Source: Leucoraja erinacea
Lineage: Eukaryota
Assembly: GCF_028641065.1 (NCBI RefSeq)
Contig: NC_073416.1
Coordinates: forward strand, 7,998,001 to 8,062,000
DNA: 64,000 nucleotides
Direction: 5' to 3'
The translations under genes and the position numbers were made by a program. Shown one piece after another: positions 38,359-51,720 of the stretch; within the stretch, counting starts at the first letter, position 1, and every line of letters starts with the position of its first letter. Under the pieces are notes generated by a model. The model did no database searches, had not been told where the DNA came from, and worked only from the letters and a program-made list of their open reading frames with translations.

Positions 38359-38712
38359 CAGGGGTGGGGAACCGTTTCATGTTGGAAAGCCACATTAAGT
38401 TAGCTGTAATCTCATAAGGCCGCATCCAAGAAACTTCAATTAGACATACTTTAAAATGTACATTATTTTGTTAACATAGGCCTCATGACTTACTAATGTT
38501 TTAATTGTGGCCGTCAGTCGGGGAGGATTATTTTGTTGAATCTTCTTTTACTCTTTGGTATATTAAATACGTTCATTTTAAAATTAAAATAAAAATAATA
38601 AAAGACGAACAAAAACATATTAATAAAAATAAAAGAACTTGTTCTACAAAATTTGGATTCATTCAAAAGGCCGCACTTAATGGCCTAGAAGGCCACAGGT
38701 TCCCCACCCCAG
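38359..38712. mobile_element. hAT/Charlie-like MITE
   Basis: TIR CAGGGGTGGGGAACC / GGTTCCCCACCCCAG; imperfect 8-bp flanks ttctagtg / gtctagtt; a partial second copy lies at 23090-23173. Confidence 0.75.
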
Positions 38713-39074
38713 GTCTAGTTGGTTTGCCCCATTGGAGCTCCGGGGTGGAGTTCATCGAGGGGACAGGAGATGCTTTGCTGTATCTGCTCTCGAAAGTGAG
38801 GGGCTGCTGTCCCCCCACGGGAAAGGGAGGAATATTAATGGAGGGTCTCGTGAGAAGGAGAGACAGATTCAGCAGAAAAAAATTTCAAAGGGGAATTAAT
38901 GGGGCCAAGAGATAAATAGTTTAATGCTGTTCTACGTTGGGTAAATAATGGCCTGGAGTAGTGGAGAGGCTCCCTATTGCATCTCCAAAGGTCCCGTGCA
39001 CTGTTCTGCACCCAGAGAGAGATCCTCGTTTCTTTTATGTTTACCTGAAACTTGTCGGGTCGGACTATTTACTG

Positions 39075-39940
39075 TTCAGTTCAGTTTTGTTTATTGTTAC
39101 GTGTACCGAGGTACAGTGAAAAGCTTTTGTTGTGTGCTATCTGGTCAGCAGAAAGACAATACATGATTACAATCGAGCTGTCCACAGTGTATAGATACAT
39201 AATAAGGGAATAACGTGTTGTGCAAGGTAAAGTCTGCAAAGTCCAAGGGTCACCAGAGAGGTAGATAGTAGTTCAGGACTGCTCTCTGGCTGTGGTAGGA
39301 CGGTTCAGTTGCCTGATAACAGCCGGGAAGAAACTCCCTGAATCTGGAGGTGTGCGTTCGTTTTCACACCTGTAACTCTTGCCCGATGAGAGAGGGGAGA
39401 AGAGGGAGTGGCCAGGGTGCGACTCATCGTTGATGATGCTGCTGGCCTTGCTGGGGCAGCGTGAGGTGTAGATGGAGTCCATGGATGAGAGGTTTGTTTC
39501 TGTGATGGTCTGGGCTGCGTCAGCAATTCACTGCAATTTCATATACAATAGAACTTTATTTATCCCAGGGGGGAAATTGGTCTGCCAACAGTCATAAAAC
39601 ACAACAAGATACATGTAGCGTGAAATTAAAGTGACGAGAAGAAAGTTCAGGATTGGTGATGTGTAAAGATTGGGGTGGGGTAGTCAGTCTACCCCACGAC
39701 AGAAGGGGGAGGAGTTGTATACCGTTTGATAGCCACAGAGAAAAAATATCTCCTGTGGCGATCTGTGCTGCATCTTGGTGGAACCATTCTGTTGCTGAAG
39801 GAGCTCCTCAGGTTGACCAGTGCGTCACGGAGGGGGTGAGCTATATTGTCCAGGATGCTCCACTGTTTGAGGGAGCATCCTCCCCTCCAAGACCACCTCC
39901 CGTGAATCCAACTCCGCCCCCAGGACGGAGTCAGCCTTCC
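39075..39940 (-). mobile_element. Two Rex1/Babar-like LINE 3' fragments
   Basis: DSIYTSRC..KASSIINDESHPGHSLFSPL and SILDNIAHPL... remnants with tails. Confidence 0.7.
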
Positions 39941-40144
39941 CAATGAACTTGTTGAGGCCTTGGATAGAGCTGTTTCCAAACCAAGCTGTGACGTGTCCCG
40001 ATAAAATGCTTTCTCTGGTGTTTCTATGTTAAGCTTTCTATTCTTTCCCCGGTAATGCGGTGAACTGCGATTAGCCTCTCGGGGTGTTGGTGGTTGTGAA
40101 CTGTAGACGTGCAAGATTACAACTGCTTGTGTTCCCTCTGTTAG

Positions 40145-40229
40145 GTTTTGCATGCAGTATTCCGAAGTGCCAAATTTCAGTGACCCTAATCCTGACTACA
40201 TGTCCCAGCTGCTGCCCCAGAACAAGCCA
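40145..40229 (+). CDS. NABP2: NABP2 coding exon 4
   Basis: ttag| acceptor; FCMQYSEVPNFSDPNPDYMSQLLPQNKP; CCA|GTAAGT donor; 85 nt. Confidence 0.95.
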
Positions 40230-40898
40230 GTAAGTCTGCTGCCGAACCACTCAGGATACGATAGAACTTTATTTGTCCCAGGAGGGGAATTGGTCTGCTG
40301 ACAGTCAACTCACGGGATACATGAAACGTGAGATGAAAGTGATGAGTGGAAAGTCCAGGACAGATTGGGGGGCGGGGTCAAGGTTACTTGAAGCTAGAGA
40401 AGTCAATGTTCATACCGCTGGGGTGTAAGCTGCCCAAGCGAAATATGAGGTGCTGTTCCTCCAATTAGTGCTGGGCCTCACTCTGACAAACTCCGTACAG
40501 ACAGCGCCCATAGTCGGGATCGAACCCGGGACTCCAGCGCTGTAAGGCAGCAACTCTACAGCTGCGCCATCGTGCCGCCCGTAAACCAATTAACCTACAA
40601 ACCTATAGGCGTTTGGAGTAGAAAACCCACGCAGGTCACGGGGAGAACGTGCAAACTCCGTACAGACAGCACCCATTGTCAGTATGGAACGTTAGGGGTG
40701 CCTGGCGCTGTAAGGCGGCAACTCTAACATTGCGCCACCGTGCCGCTCAGAGACCCGGGACCTTTCTTTTGAGAGTTGGGATGTGGTGCAAGTCAGTAGA
40801 GGCGGACAAGAGCCCTGTGTCTCGGAAGTGGGATGGATTGAATGTCTGTAAGTTAAGCCGGCTAGATCTAAAGAATTTTTCTTTCTTTCCTCATCAAG

Positions 40899-40962
40899 AC
40901 CCCGACTGAACAAAGTCCTTCCGCCACTGGTCCGGCGGCTTCATCCCCCTCTGTAAGCACTG
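40899..40962 (+). CDS. NABP2: NABP2 coding exon 5
   Basis: Pyrimidine tract plus aag| acceptor; TPTEQSPSATGPAASSPSVST; G|GTGAGT donor; 64 nt, giving exactly the phase needed between exons 4 and 6. Confidence 0.85.
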
Positions 40963-41045
40963 GTGAGTACCATGCGACTGTCGCCGTTAACTCTGGACCT
41001 TCAGGCTGCAGGAGGGCATTTTGTACTTTACCCATACCCTATATC

Positions 41046-41643
41046 TGACTGCACTCAGTTAGGCCCAGGCACAAAATAAAACAGCTCGTAGATCAGCGGT
41101 GAGTCCATCAAACAAGTCGGTTTATTAAAGGCCTTATCAATCTACATCGGGAAACCATCTGAGCAAACCCAAACTGCTTCCACAAGCCAAAGTAACTATT
41201 CCATTTTTATACCCTCATGACACAATGGTTACTTGTGGAGTTGAAATAAACCAACATTAACCAATGTCTCTGTAACCTTTCATCTTTGTCTTTCCCCAGA
41301 GTTAAATATAATCTTGCGTTTCTGAAGTTTTAGAAATCTCTCCCTATGTCTCTATCACATAGATACCATAAATGTCAATGCCCTGTGGGGAGACTGATTC
41401 AACTCCCTCAATGGGGTCCTCTCATTAAAGTGGTTGTTCGTGAACCTTTGGCAGACTTGCCTGCTAAACACAGTGACAAAGAGCAGCTGTAATCTCAAGA
41501 TTGCAACAGATAAGAACCTAGACAGAACTGTGAAGGACCATCCTCCCCCCTATAGATAAGGAAGCCTGCTTCTCAGCAGAATGTTTCAGCTTTAGCTATT
41601 TTGACTGCATTCTATCTTGGCCATTTTCCATCATTCTTCTCCA
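41046..41643 (-). mobile_element. Possible solo LTR
   Basis: TG...CA termini; TATAAA (41211-41206) about 80 nt upstream of AATAAA (41126-41121) on the minus strand; TSD unconvincing. Confidence 0.4.
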
Positions 41644-42221
41644 GTATGTGAGCTCTAGGGTAAACCAAACTATAACCTACTCATCCTCCTTATAATACTC
41701 AAAATTCCCAACAACAGCGTGATGAACAAACGGAGCACCAGTAGAAATCTGAGGGGTGACTTTTTCACACAAAGAGTGGTGGGTGTATGGAACAAGTTGC
41801 CCAAGGAGATGGTTGAGGCTGGGGCTATCCCAATGTTTAAGAAACAGTTAGACAGGTACATGGATAGGACATGTTTGGAGGGAAATGGACCAAACGTCGG
41901 CAGGTGGGACTAGTGTAGCTGGGACATGTTGGGCAGTGTGGGCAAGTTGGGCCAAAGGGCCTGTTTCCACACTGTACCACTCTATGCCTAATATCCATCC
42001 TGGATAGACCCTCGTTAAGCAAGTAACGTCGCTGTTATCGTGCTCCCGCTGAGAGATTGCGAAGCCCAACTTGTCTCTTGTTTCCCAGAATTACAATAAG
42101 TGACTGCATTTCAAACGTCATTCATCGTGGAACCTTTTAGGATATCGTGAGCTTGTAAAAGTCGATCTGGAAATGCAAATTCTTTCTTTCCAGCTAATGC
42201 CATGTTCGTTGTCGCAGGTTC

Positions 42222-42515
42222 TTTAGATACAATGCAGAAACAATCCCTTCGGCCCACCGAATCCGCGCCGACCAGCGATCCCCGCACACTAACACTATCC
42301 CACACACTGGGGACAATTTACACATACACCAAGCCAATTAATTTACAAACCTGTGCGTCTTTGGAGTATGGGAGGAAACTGGAGATCCTGGAGAAAACCC
42401 ACCCAGTTCTCGGGGAGAACGTACAAACTCAGTGCAGACAGCACCCGTAGTCAGAATGAACCCGGGTCTCTGGCGCTGAGAGGCAGCGACTCTACCCACG
42501 CGCTATTGTGCCGCC
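42222..42515 (-). mobile_element. HE1-type SINE
   Basis: Near full-length reverse copy. Confidence 0.8.
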
Positions 42516-43034
42516 CCGTCCAATGATAACTCTGAGATGTATTTGCACATTGCCCTATGATGTTGGATGCTGCTTCATCTGCTAAAAATCAATGTCAACG
42601 CTGGCCGTTTACTCGCAAAAACCGCAAGTCACAGGCAATGTGGCGTGGCCTTTATTACATTGGTGACTGCGGGTGTGGCTCTGCGCTAATCTGGCTGCTG
42701 CTTCTTAATTCCAAGTGACTGCAAAAGTATGCTATTGGTTGCAAAACCTTCTGGGTTGCAAGGACATGGCGAAAGGCAATGGATGAGTGTGTCCTGGGTT
42801 GGATTCCAGCCCTCGCTAATGGGGGCTAGCTGCAGGTCTGTCTTTCAGTGTGAAGTGGTTTGGACAGTCGGCTTGGTTCCTAGCTGGCGCTGGCGCTGGC
42901 TGTCTCGCCGGGCTCGGCCACAGTGGCTGCTCCGTACACACAGCACCCGTAGTCAGGATCAAACCCGGGCCTGTCAGGCAGCCACTTGTTGCTGTCGAGT
43001 GGAGCAGATGGAATTGGACGAAGACTGGCTTCTT

Positions 43035-43342
43035 TTAGTTTAGTTTAGAGACACAGAGTGGAAACAGGCCCTTCGGCCCACCGAGTCCGTGCCGACCAGC
43101 GATCCCCACACATTAACGCCATCATGCACACGCCAGGGACAATTTACGTTTAAACCAAAGCCAATCAACCTACCAACCTGCCCGTCTTTGGAATGTGGGA
43201 GGAAACCGGAGCACCCGGAGAAAACCCACGTGGTCACAGGGAGAACGTGCAAACTCCCGCATCCGATGACAGCACCCGTGGTCAGGATGGAACCCGGGTC
43301 TCTGGTGCTGTGAGGCAGCAACTCTACCGCTGCGCCACCGTG
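43035..43342 (-). mobile_element. HE1-type SINE
   Basis: (tttag)n tail, V-domain and head in reverse orientation. Confidence 0.85.
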
Positions 43343-43679
43343 ACGTATTTGTTCTTCGGGAGGAGAATGCGATGGATCTCCCGCTCAACACTTTGCTGCC
43401 AATGATTCAGCCTTGTCGTTAGCAGTCCTGGGCTGCACGGGACTGTGGTTGAAGATGAGCATGTGCTTGCAACCACCTCCTCCTGTTCCCTAGTTCATTG
43501 CCCACTGCTGCTCAGTAGCATCTGATCCATTGGCGGGCTAGATGTATGTTGGGCAGCAGCTTGCCAGCAGTGGGAATGGTCTCTGGGCTCTGCTCTATTT
43601 GAATTCACCCTTCACCAGGGGAGAAGAATCTTGCTGCTCAAACAGAGTCATTTGCCAAGAGTGGTGACTCAAGCTGGAA

Positions 43680-45096
43680 CAGGTACAGAGAGGATTTACA
43701 AGGATGTTGCCAGGGCTCGAGGGTGTGAGCTACAGGGAGAGGTTGAGCAGGCTGGGTCTCTATTCCTTGGAACGCAGGAGGATGAGGGGTGATCTTATAG
43801 AGATGTCCAAAATCTTGAGAGGAATAGATCGGATGGAGTCTTTATGAAGGAACTGCAGATGCTGGAAAATCGAAGGTAGACAAAAGTGCTGGAGAAACTC
43901 AGCGGGTGCAGCAGCATCTATGGAGCGAAGGAAATAGGCAACGTTGCGGGCCGCAAACCCTTCTTTGGACCGATGTAGGGTGGGGGGGGCAGAAAAAAGG
44001 AGAAAGGAAGAGGAGGAGCCCAAGGGCTAGGGAGAGCTGAGAAGGGGAGGAGACAGCAAGGGCTACCGGAAATTGGAGAAGTCAATGTTTATGCCGCTAG
44101 GGTGCAAACTGCCCAAGATACACAGAGTCTCTTGCCCAGAGTAGGGGAATTGAGGACCAGAGGACATGGGTTTAAGGTGAAGGGGAAATTATTTAATAGG
44201 AATCTGAGGGGTAACATTTTCACACAGAGGGTGGTGAGTGTATGAACGAGCTGCCAGAGGAGGTAGTTGAGGCTGGGACTATCCCAACATTTAAGAAACA
44301 GTTAGACAGGTACATGGATAGAACAGGTTTGGAGGGATATGGACTAAACGTGGGAGGTGAGACTAGTGTAGCTGGGACATGTCGGCCGGTGTGGGCAAGT
44401 TGGGCCGAAGGGCCTGTTTCCATGCTGTATCACTCTGTGACTCTACCCAGGGGGGTAGCCGTGAGATCAGAGCGGGTGTCTGGTGGGTAGTTTAGGAAGA
44501 ATGTGGTGGTGGTGATGATGATGTGATGAGAAAATTTCCCATAAGACAAAACCTTATTGTGAGCAATTTTGAGCACCATATCTGAGGATGGATGTGCTGG
44601 CCCTGGAGAAGGTCCAGAGGAGATTTACGAGAATGATCCCAAGAATGAGTGGGTTAACATACGATGAGCGTTTGACTGCACTGGGCCTGTACTCACTGGA
44701 GTTTAGAAGACTGAGGAGGGACCTCATTGACACTTACAGAATAGTGAAAGGCCTGGATAGAGTGGACGTGGAGAGGATGTTTCCACTAGTGGGAGAGTCT
44801 AGGACTAGAAGTCACAGTCTCAGAATTAAAGGACGTTCCTTTGGGAAGGAGATGAGGAGAAATTTTAGTCATGGGGTGATGAATATGTGGAATTCTCTGC
44901 CACAGACAGATGTGGAGGCCAAGTCAGTGGATATATTTAGGGCAGAGATAGATAGATTCTTGTTTAAGAAGGAACTATAGATGCTGGAAAATTGAAGGTA
45001 GACAAAAATGCTGGAGAAACTCAGCGGGTGCAGCAGCATTTATGGAGCAAAGGAAATAGGCAACGTTTCAGGCCGAAACCCTTCTTCAGACTGATG

Positions 45097-45138
<42 letters not shown>

Positions 45139-45790
45139 GGAGGAGAAAGGAAGAGGAGGAGCCCGAGGGCTGAGGAAGAGCTGAGAAGGGGAGGAGACAG
45201 CAAGGGCTACCAGAAATTGGAGATGATTGTTGATTAGTACGCGTGTCAGAGGTTATGGGGAGAAGGCAGGAGAATGGGGTTAGGAGGGAGAGATAGATCA
45301 GCCATGATCTATCTCTCTATCTAGAAGATTGAGGGGGGATCTTATAGAAACTTACAACATTCTTAAGGGGTTGGACAGGCTAGATGCAGGAAGATTGTTC
45401 CCGATGTTGGGGAAGTCCAGAACAAGGGGTCACAGTTTAAGGATAAGGGGGAAGTCTTTTAGGACCGAGATGAGAAAAAAAAAATTCACACAGAGAGTGG
45501 TGAATTTGTGGAATTCTCTGCCACAGAAGGTAGTTGAGGCCGCAGTTCATTGGCTATATTTAAGAGGGAGTTAGATGCGGCCCTTGTGGCTAAAGGGATC
45601 AGGGGGTATGGAGAGAAGGCAGGTACAGGATACTGAGTTGGATGATCAGCCATGATCATATTGAATGGCGAATGGTGCAGGCTCGAAGGGCCGAATGGCC
45701 TACTGCACCTATTTTCTATGTTTCCATGATTGAATGGCGGAGTAGACTTGATGGGCCGAATGGCCTAATTCTGCTCCTATCACTTCTGCC
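43680..45790. mobile_element. Nested cluster of CR1/HER1 3' fragments (+) with Penelope 3' ends (-) inserted
   Basis: ORF2 C-terminal peptides (LEKVQRRFTRMIP...LGLYSLEFRRLR.DLI) interrupted at about 43845-44120 and 44965-45225 by Penelope terminal repeats. Confidence 0.85.
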
Positions 45791-45861
45791 CTTCGGAAGC
45801 TCTCTGTGGCGTGAGATGGTGTTGTCACCCGGTTATTTGTTCCTTGTTCCCGCCGCTCCAG

Positions 45862-46067
45862 GTAACGAGACTCCGAACGCTGTCGGCACAGGTGGAGCGG
45901 CGCTGGGCAACTCGAATCACCAGCCGGCAACTGCAAGTGGAAGAGGCAATGGACGAAGCCCAGGCAACAACCAAACTGCTGCCACATCTACCTCCACCTC
46001 CACCTCCACTCCGCCAACTACCACACTTAGCAACGGGCGCGATCCACGACGGGTTCCGAAGCGCTGA
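45862..46067 (+). CDS. NABP2: NABP2 coding exon 6 (last)
   Basis: ccag| acceptor; low-complexity tail ending TTTLSNGRDPRRVPKR*; 206 nt; total CDS 645 nt. Confidence 0.9.
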
Positions 46068-46339
46068 TTGTTCCTTTGCTCGCAACTTTGAACATTTTCC
46101 TGGTCTGTGAACCGTATCAACGTGGTATTCTTTCAGCAAACTTCATCCAACCCTTCTCCTTAAATCCAACGCCGCAAAGCATTGGCAGACACAAAGTGCC
46201 GCAGTAATTCAGCGGGACAGGCAGCATCTACAGAGAGAAGGAATGGGTGACGTTTCAGGTCGAGACCCTTCTGCGTTGGACAGCCACAGTTTGTCACACC
46301 TCTCCCTTTCCAAATCACCTTCTATAGAGTTGTAGAGGT

Positions 46340-48770
46340 CAAGTGATAGGAGCAGCATTATGCCATTCGGCCCATCAAGTCTACTCCACCATTCAATCAA
46401 TGCTGATCTATCTCTCCCTCCTAACCCCATTCTCCCGCCTTCTCCCCATAACCTTTGACACCCGTATTAATCAACAATTTATCTATCTCTGCCTTAAATA
46501 TACCATTGACTTGGCCTCCACAGCATTCTGTGGCAAAGAATCCCACAGATTCACCATCCTCTGGCTAAAGAAATTCCTCCTCATCTCCTTCCTAAAAGAA
46601 CGTCCTTTAATTCTGAGGCTGTGACCTCTAGTCCTAGACTCTCCCACTAGTGGAAACATCCTCTCCACATCCACTCTATCCAGGCCTTTTACTATACAGT
46701 ATGTTTTAATGAGGTCCCCCCTCATTCTTCTAAACTCCAGTGAGTACATGCCCAGTGCCGTCAAACGCTCATCGTACGTTAACCCACTCATTCCTGGGAT
46801 CATTCTTGTAAACCTCCCCTGGACTCTCTCCAGAGCCAGCACATCCTTCCTCAGATACGGGGCGCAAAATTGCTCACAATATTCCAAATGTGGCCTGACC
46901 AGCGCCTTATTGAGCCTCAGCATTACATCTCTGTTTTTGTGTACAAGCCCTCTCCAAATAAATACTCTCAAAATAGTCAGATACAGCATGGAAGCAGGCC
47001 CATCGGCCCATCGCATACATCCCAACTATCGGCCCCCTTGTGCGGGTCAGACAGCACCCTTGGAGGATATGGATAGGCAACGTTTCAGGTCGGGTCTGAA
47101 GAAGGGCAGTAGCGGTAGAGTTGCTGCCTCACAGCACCAGAGACCCGGGTTCGGTCCTGACTACGGGTGCTGTATGTGCGGAGTTTGTACGTTTTCCCCG
47201 TGACCTGCGTGGGTTTTCTCCAAGATCTTCGGTTTCCTCCCACACTCCAAAGACCTACAGGTGTGTCTGAAGAAGGGTCTCGACCCGAAGGTCAGCCTCT
47301 CCGGAGATGCTGCATGTCTGTCCCGCTGAGTTACTCCAGCACTTTGTACCTGTCCACGTTCTCCACAGAGATGCTGCATGTCTGACCCGCTGAGTTACTC
47401 CAGCACTTTGTATCTTTAGTTGTCTTTTTTCCTCTGTAGCTCTCTCCTGATTACTTGTCTTTGCCAAATGATTTCAACCAACAACCAACTGAGACCCAAA
47501 CAGTGCGCAAAGCTCCAGGTGTGGTCTCACCTGGGCCCTGTGTTATTGCAGCAGGGTTTGTGTTTATGTCGCAGATATAAAGCCCAGAAAAAAAAACTTG
47601 GCCCTCCTGAATTGCTTATTACACCTCCATGTTAGTTTTCATAAGATCATAAGTGTGAGGAGTAGAATTAGGCCATTCGGCCCATCAAGTCTTCTCCGCC
47701 ATTCAATCATGTCTGATCTATCTCTCCCTCCTAACCCCATTCTCCTGCCTTCTCCCCATAACCTCTGACACCCGCACTAATCAACAATCTATCTATCTCT
47801 GCCTTAAAAATATCCACTGACTTGTGGCCTCCACCACCGTCTGTGGCAAGGAATTCCACAGATTCACCACCCTCTGACTAAATAAGTTCCTCCTCATCTT
47901 CGCCCTTTAATTCTGAGGCTATGACCACTGGTCCTAGACTCTCCCACCAGTGGAAACATCCTCTCCACATTCACTCGATGCCTTTCATTATTCTGTATGT
48001 TTCAACAAAGTCCCCCCCCTCAACCTTCTAAACTCCAGCGAGTACAGGCCCAGTGCCGTCAAACACTCATATGCTAACCCACTTATTCCTGGAATAATTC
48101 TTGTAAACCTCCTCTGGACCCTCTCCAGAGCCAGCACATCCTTCCTCAGATATGGGGCCCACATTTGCTCACAATACTCCAAATGCGGCCTGACCAGCGC
48201 CTAATAGAGCCTCAGCATTACATGTTCCTGCCTTCTCTCCATATCCCTTGACTCCGCTATCTTTAAGAGCTCTATCCAACTCTCTCTTGAAAGCATCCAG
48301 AGAATTGGCCTCCACTGCACTCTGTGACAGAGAATTCCACAGACTCACAACTCTCTGGGTGAAAAAGGTTTTCCTCATCTCCGTTCTAAATGGTGACCCC
48401 TTATTCTTACACTGTGACCCCTGATTCTGAAGGGGAACATTTCTCCTGCATTAAGCCTGTCCAATCCCTTATGAATTTTATATGTTTCTATAAGATCCCC
48501 TCATCCTTCTAAACTCCAGAGTGTACAAGCCCAGCCGTTCCATTCCCTCAGCATATGACAGTCCCGCCATCCCGGGAATTAACCTGGAGAACCTACGCTG
48601 GGCTCCCTCAATAGCAAGAATGTCCTTCCTCAAATAAGGAGACCAAAACTGCACACAATACTCCAGGTATGGTCTCACCAGGGCCCTGTACAACTGCAGA
48701 GTCTTTGCTCCTAGACTCAAATCCTCTCGCTATGAAGGCCAACATGCCATTAGCTTTCTTCACTGCCGGC
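46340..48770 (-). mobile_element. Cluster of CR1/HER1 LINE fragments with SINE and Penelope pieces
   Basis: [37 protein letters not shown]... peptides and shared 3' UTRs. Confidence 0.85.
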
Positions 48771-49134
48771 TGTACCAGCACCAAGCCACTGAGTTCAACA
48801 GCAAATATGCCAAGCAATGAATACTGGGCTTCGTAGAGAAGCCCTTAAGACAAAGGTTTATTGTACTTTATTTGGGAAATTTTAGAGACATATCCTGCAT
48901 AAGGCAGTCAGACAAGTGTTATCATCGCCACCCAGTGGTGATAGTCTGCTGCTGCGGGATTGTAAAACCTCACTAAATCTGCCAGTTTTGGGGAATCAAA
49001 ATCACAATAATACTTTATTAGCCAAGTATGTTTTGCAACATACGAGGAATTCTATGTGTCATACAGTCATACCAATAAAAAGCAACAGGACACACAAAAT
49101 ACATTTTAACATAAATATATTAAAATATACATGT

Positions 49135-49162
49135 CTGAAGAAGGGTCTCGACCCGAAACGTC
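49135..49162 (+). ncRNA. Minimal hammerhead-ribozyme-like core in a Penelope terminal repeat
   Basis: CTGAAGA-A-GGGTC-TC-GACCC-GAAA-CGTC; stem I weak. Confidence 0.55.
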
Positions 49163-49389
49163 ACCTATTTCCTTCATACCACAGATGCTGCCTCACCCGC
49201 TGAGTTTCTCCAGTATTTTTGTCTCCCTTCGATTTATCCAGCATCTGCAGTTCTTTCTTAAACTAAACATCCACCACAGTGACTCCACCACTTTCCTCAC
49301 TGTGATGGAAGGCGAACATAAAGTTCAATGTCTCCTTTCTTTGTCCTCCAGCAATCGGGGGCCTCTAACCTTCCGTTGACTGGACGATC

Positions 49390-50375
49390 TTACAAGATAC
49401 AAGATACATTTATTTGTCACATGTACTAATTGGTACAAGGTTAATTCCCGGGATGGCGGGACTGTCATATGCTGAGAGAATGGAGCGGCTGGGCTTGTAC
49501 ACTCTGGAGTTTAGAAGGATGAGAGGGGTTCTTATTGAAACATATAAGATTATCAAGGGCTTCGACACGCTAGAGGCAGGAAACATGTTCCCGATGTTGG
49601 GGGAGTCCAGAACCAGGGGCCACACACAGTTTAAGTATAAGGAGCCATTTAGAACGGAGATGAGGAGAATCTTTTTCTCACAGAGAGTTGTGAGTCTGTG
49701 GAATTCTCTGCCTCAGAGGGCGGTGGAGGCCGGTTCTCTGGATACTTTCAAGAGAGAGCTCGATAGGGTTCTTAAAGATAGCGGAGTCAGGGGATATGGG
49801 GAGAAGGCAGGACCGGGTACTGATTGGGGATGATCAGCCATGATCACATTGAATGGCGGTGCTGGCTTGAAGGGCCGAATGGCCTCCTCCTGCACCTATT
49901 GTCTATTGTACAGTGAAATGTGTGGTCACCATGTGTGATCTTGATTCCGTATGGGGGGGGGGGGGGGGATCTCAGCTCCCCTGCGCCAGGCGATCAGACC
50001 CCGGGTCAGGGGCTGATCGAATGTTGTGCGGTTTTTTAAGCTTCCCGAAGTCGGTCTCCACCCGAGACTGCGAGCTCCTTGATGGTAAAGTCCGCAGGCC
50101 GCGGTTGGAGCGTCGATTCCAGGCAAGGGATCGCAGGCTCCGATGGTAAGTCCACGGCCCCGCGGTGGGGCTGAAAGTCAGTCCCGAGCGAGGCCTCCGG
50201 CTCCACGATTATTAGGCCGCAGAGCGACCGGAGATACGACCTGGAAAACAATCGCATCTCCGGCAAGGTTAGAGATTGAAAAAAAAGTTTCCCCTCCCAC
50301 ATAAAACAAACCGGAGAACATTCACACAAACTTTTTAAACACACTAAAAATAACAAAAGGGACAGACAGACTGCA
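49390..50375 (-). mobile_element. GC-rich non-autonomous element with a LINE-like tail, interrupted by a CR1 fragment (about 49436-49907, +)
   Basis: The tail catttcactgtac...catgtgacaaataaa is split by the CR1 insertion; the head resembles 57515-57640. Confidence 0.5.
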
Positions 50376-50957
50376 GGCGAGGCAGCAACTCTACCGCTGC
50401 GCCACCATGACTCTTGATTAGTGTGGGTGTCGGAGGAGACGGGGGAGAAGGCGGGAGAATGGGGTTCGGAGGGAGAGATAGATCGGTAGAGGAGACTTGA
50501 TGGGCCGAATGGCCTAGTGATCTTATGATTTCATCGCGTTTGTCTAGTCCACTGAGCAACAGATTGTGAAACTTTATGGACCTGATTAAAACTGATTTGA
50601 AACAGAGGCAGTCTGTGTGTGTTCATAGCTTCCTTTTGTATTCAGAACCTCCGAGCCACAATTAGCACGGCTAATCTTTCCGGTCGGTATATGAGGTTAA
50701 AAAGTAACTTCAACTTTTTTTTTCTCTTCCCCCGTTATGTATTATGTTTACATATTCACACATTGTGTCGTGCTGCAACAAGTAAGAATTTCATTGTCCC
50801 GTCCGGGATATATGACAATCATCAGCGGTCACTCGAAACGAGTATGACTGTCCTCTCTATGGAGGTCGCCTGCCTGTGCGAGACTTTGTTTAACGTGGGG
50901 AGACTGGTGCACAGACAGCCACCCACACGGTCCTTGACAGATCTGGGTCAGGATCCA

Positions 50958-51720
50958 TAGAAACATAGAAAATAGGTGCAGGAGTAGGCCATTCAGCCCT
51001 TTGAGCCTGCACCGCCATTTAATATGGTCATGGCTGATCATCCAACTCAGTATCCTGTACCTGCCTTCTCTCCTTACCCCCTGATCCCTTTAGCCACAAG
51101 GACCACATCTTAAATATAGCCAATGAACTGGCCTCAACTACTTTCTGTGGCAGAGAATTCCAGAGATTCATCACTCTCTGTGTGAAAAAAAAAAATCTCA
51201 TCTCGGTCCTAAAAGATTTCCCCCTTATCCTTAAACTGTGACCCCTTGTTCTGGACTTCCCCAACATCGGGAATAATCTTCCTGCATCTAGCCTGTCCAA
51301 CCCCTTAAGAATTTTGTACGTTTCTATAAGATCCCCCCTCAATCTTCTAAATTCTAGCGTGTACAAGCCGAGTCTATCCAATCTTTCTTCATATGAAAGT
51401 CCTGCCACCCCAGGAATCAGTCAGGTGAACCTTCTCTGCACTCTCTATGGCAAGAATGTCTTTCCTCAGATTAGGAGACCAAAACTGTATGCAATATTCC
51501 AGGTGGGGTCTCTTCAAGGCCCAGTACAACTGCAGTAGAACCTCCCAGCTCCTATACTCAAATCCTTTTGCTATGAAAGCTAACATACCATTCGCTTTCT
51601 TCACTGCCTGCTGAACCTTCATGCCTACTTTTAATGACTGGTGTACCATGACACCCAGGTCTCGTTGCATCTCACCTTTTCCAAATCAGCCACCATTCAG
51701 ATAATAGTCTACTTTCCTGT
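50958..51720 (-). mobile_element. CR1/HER1 LINE 3' fragment
   Basis: QRDLGVMVHQSLKV...KANGMLAFI...RPHLEYCIQFWSP through to the 3' UTR. Confidence 0.9.
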
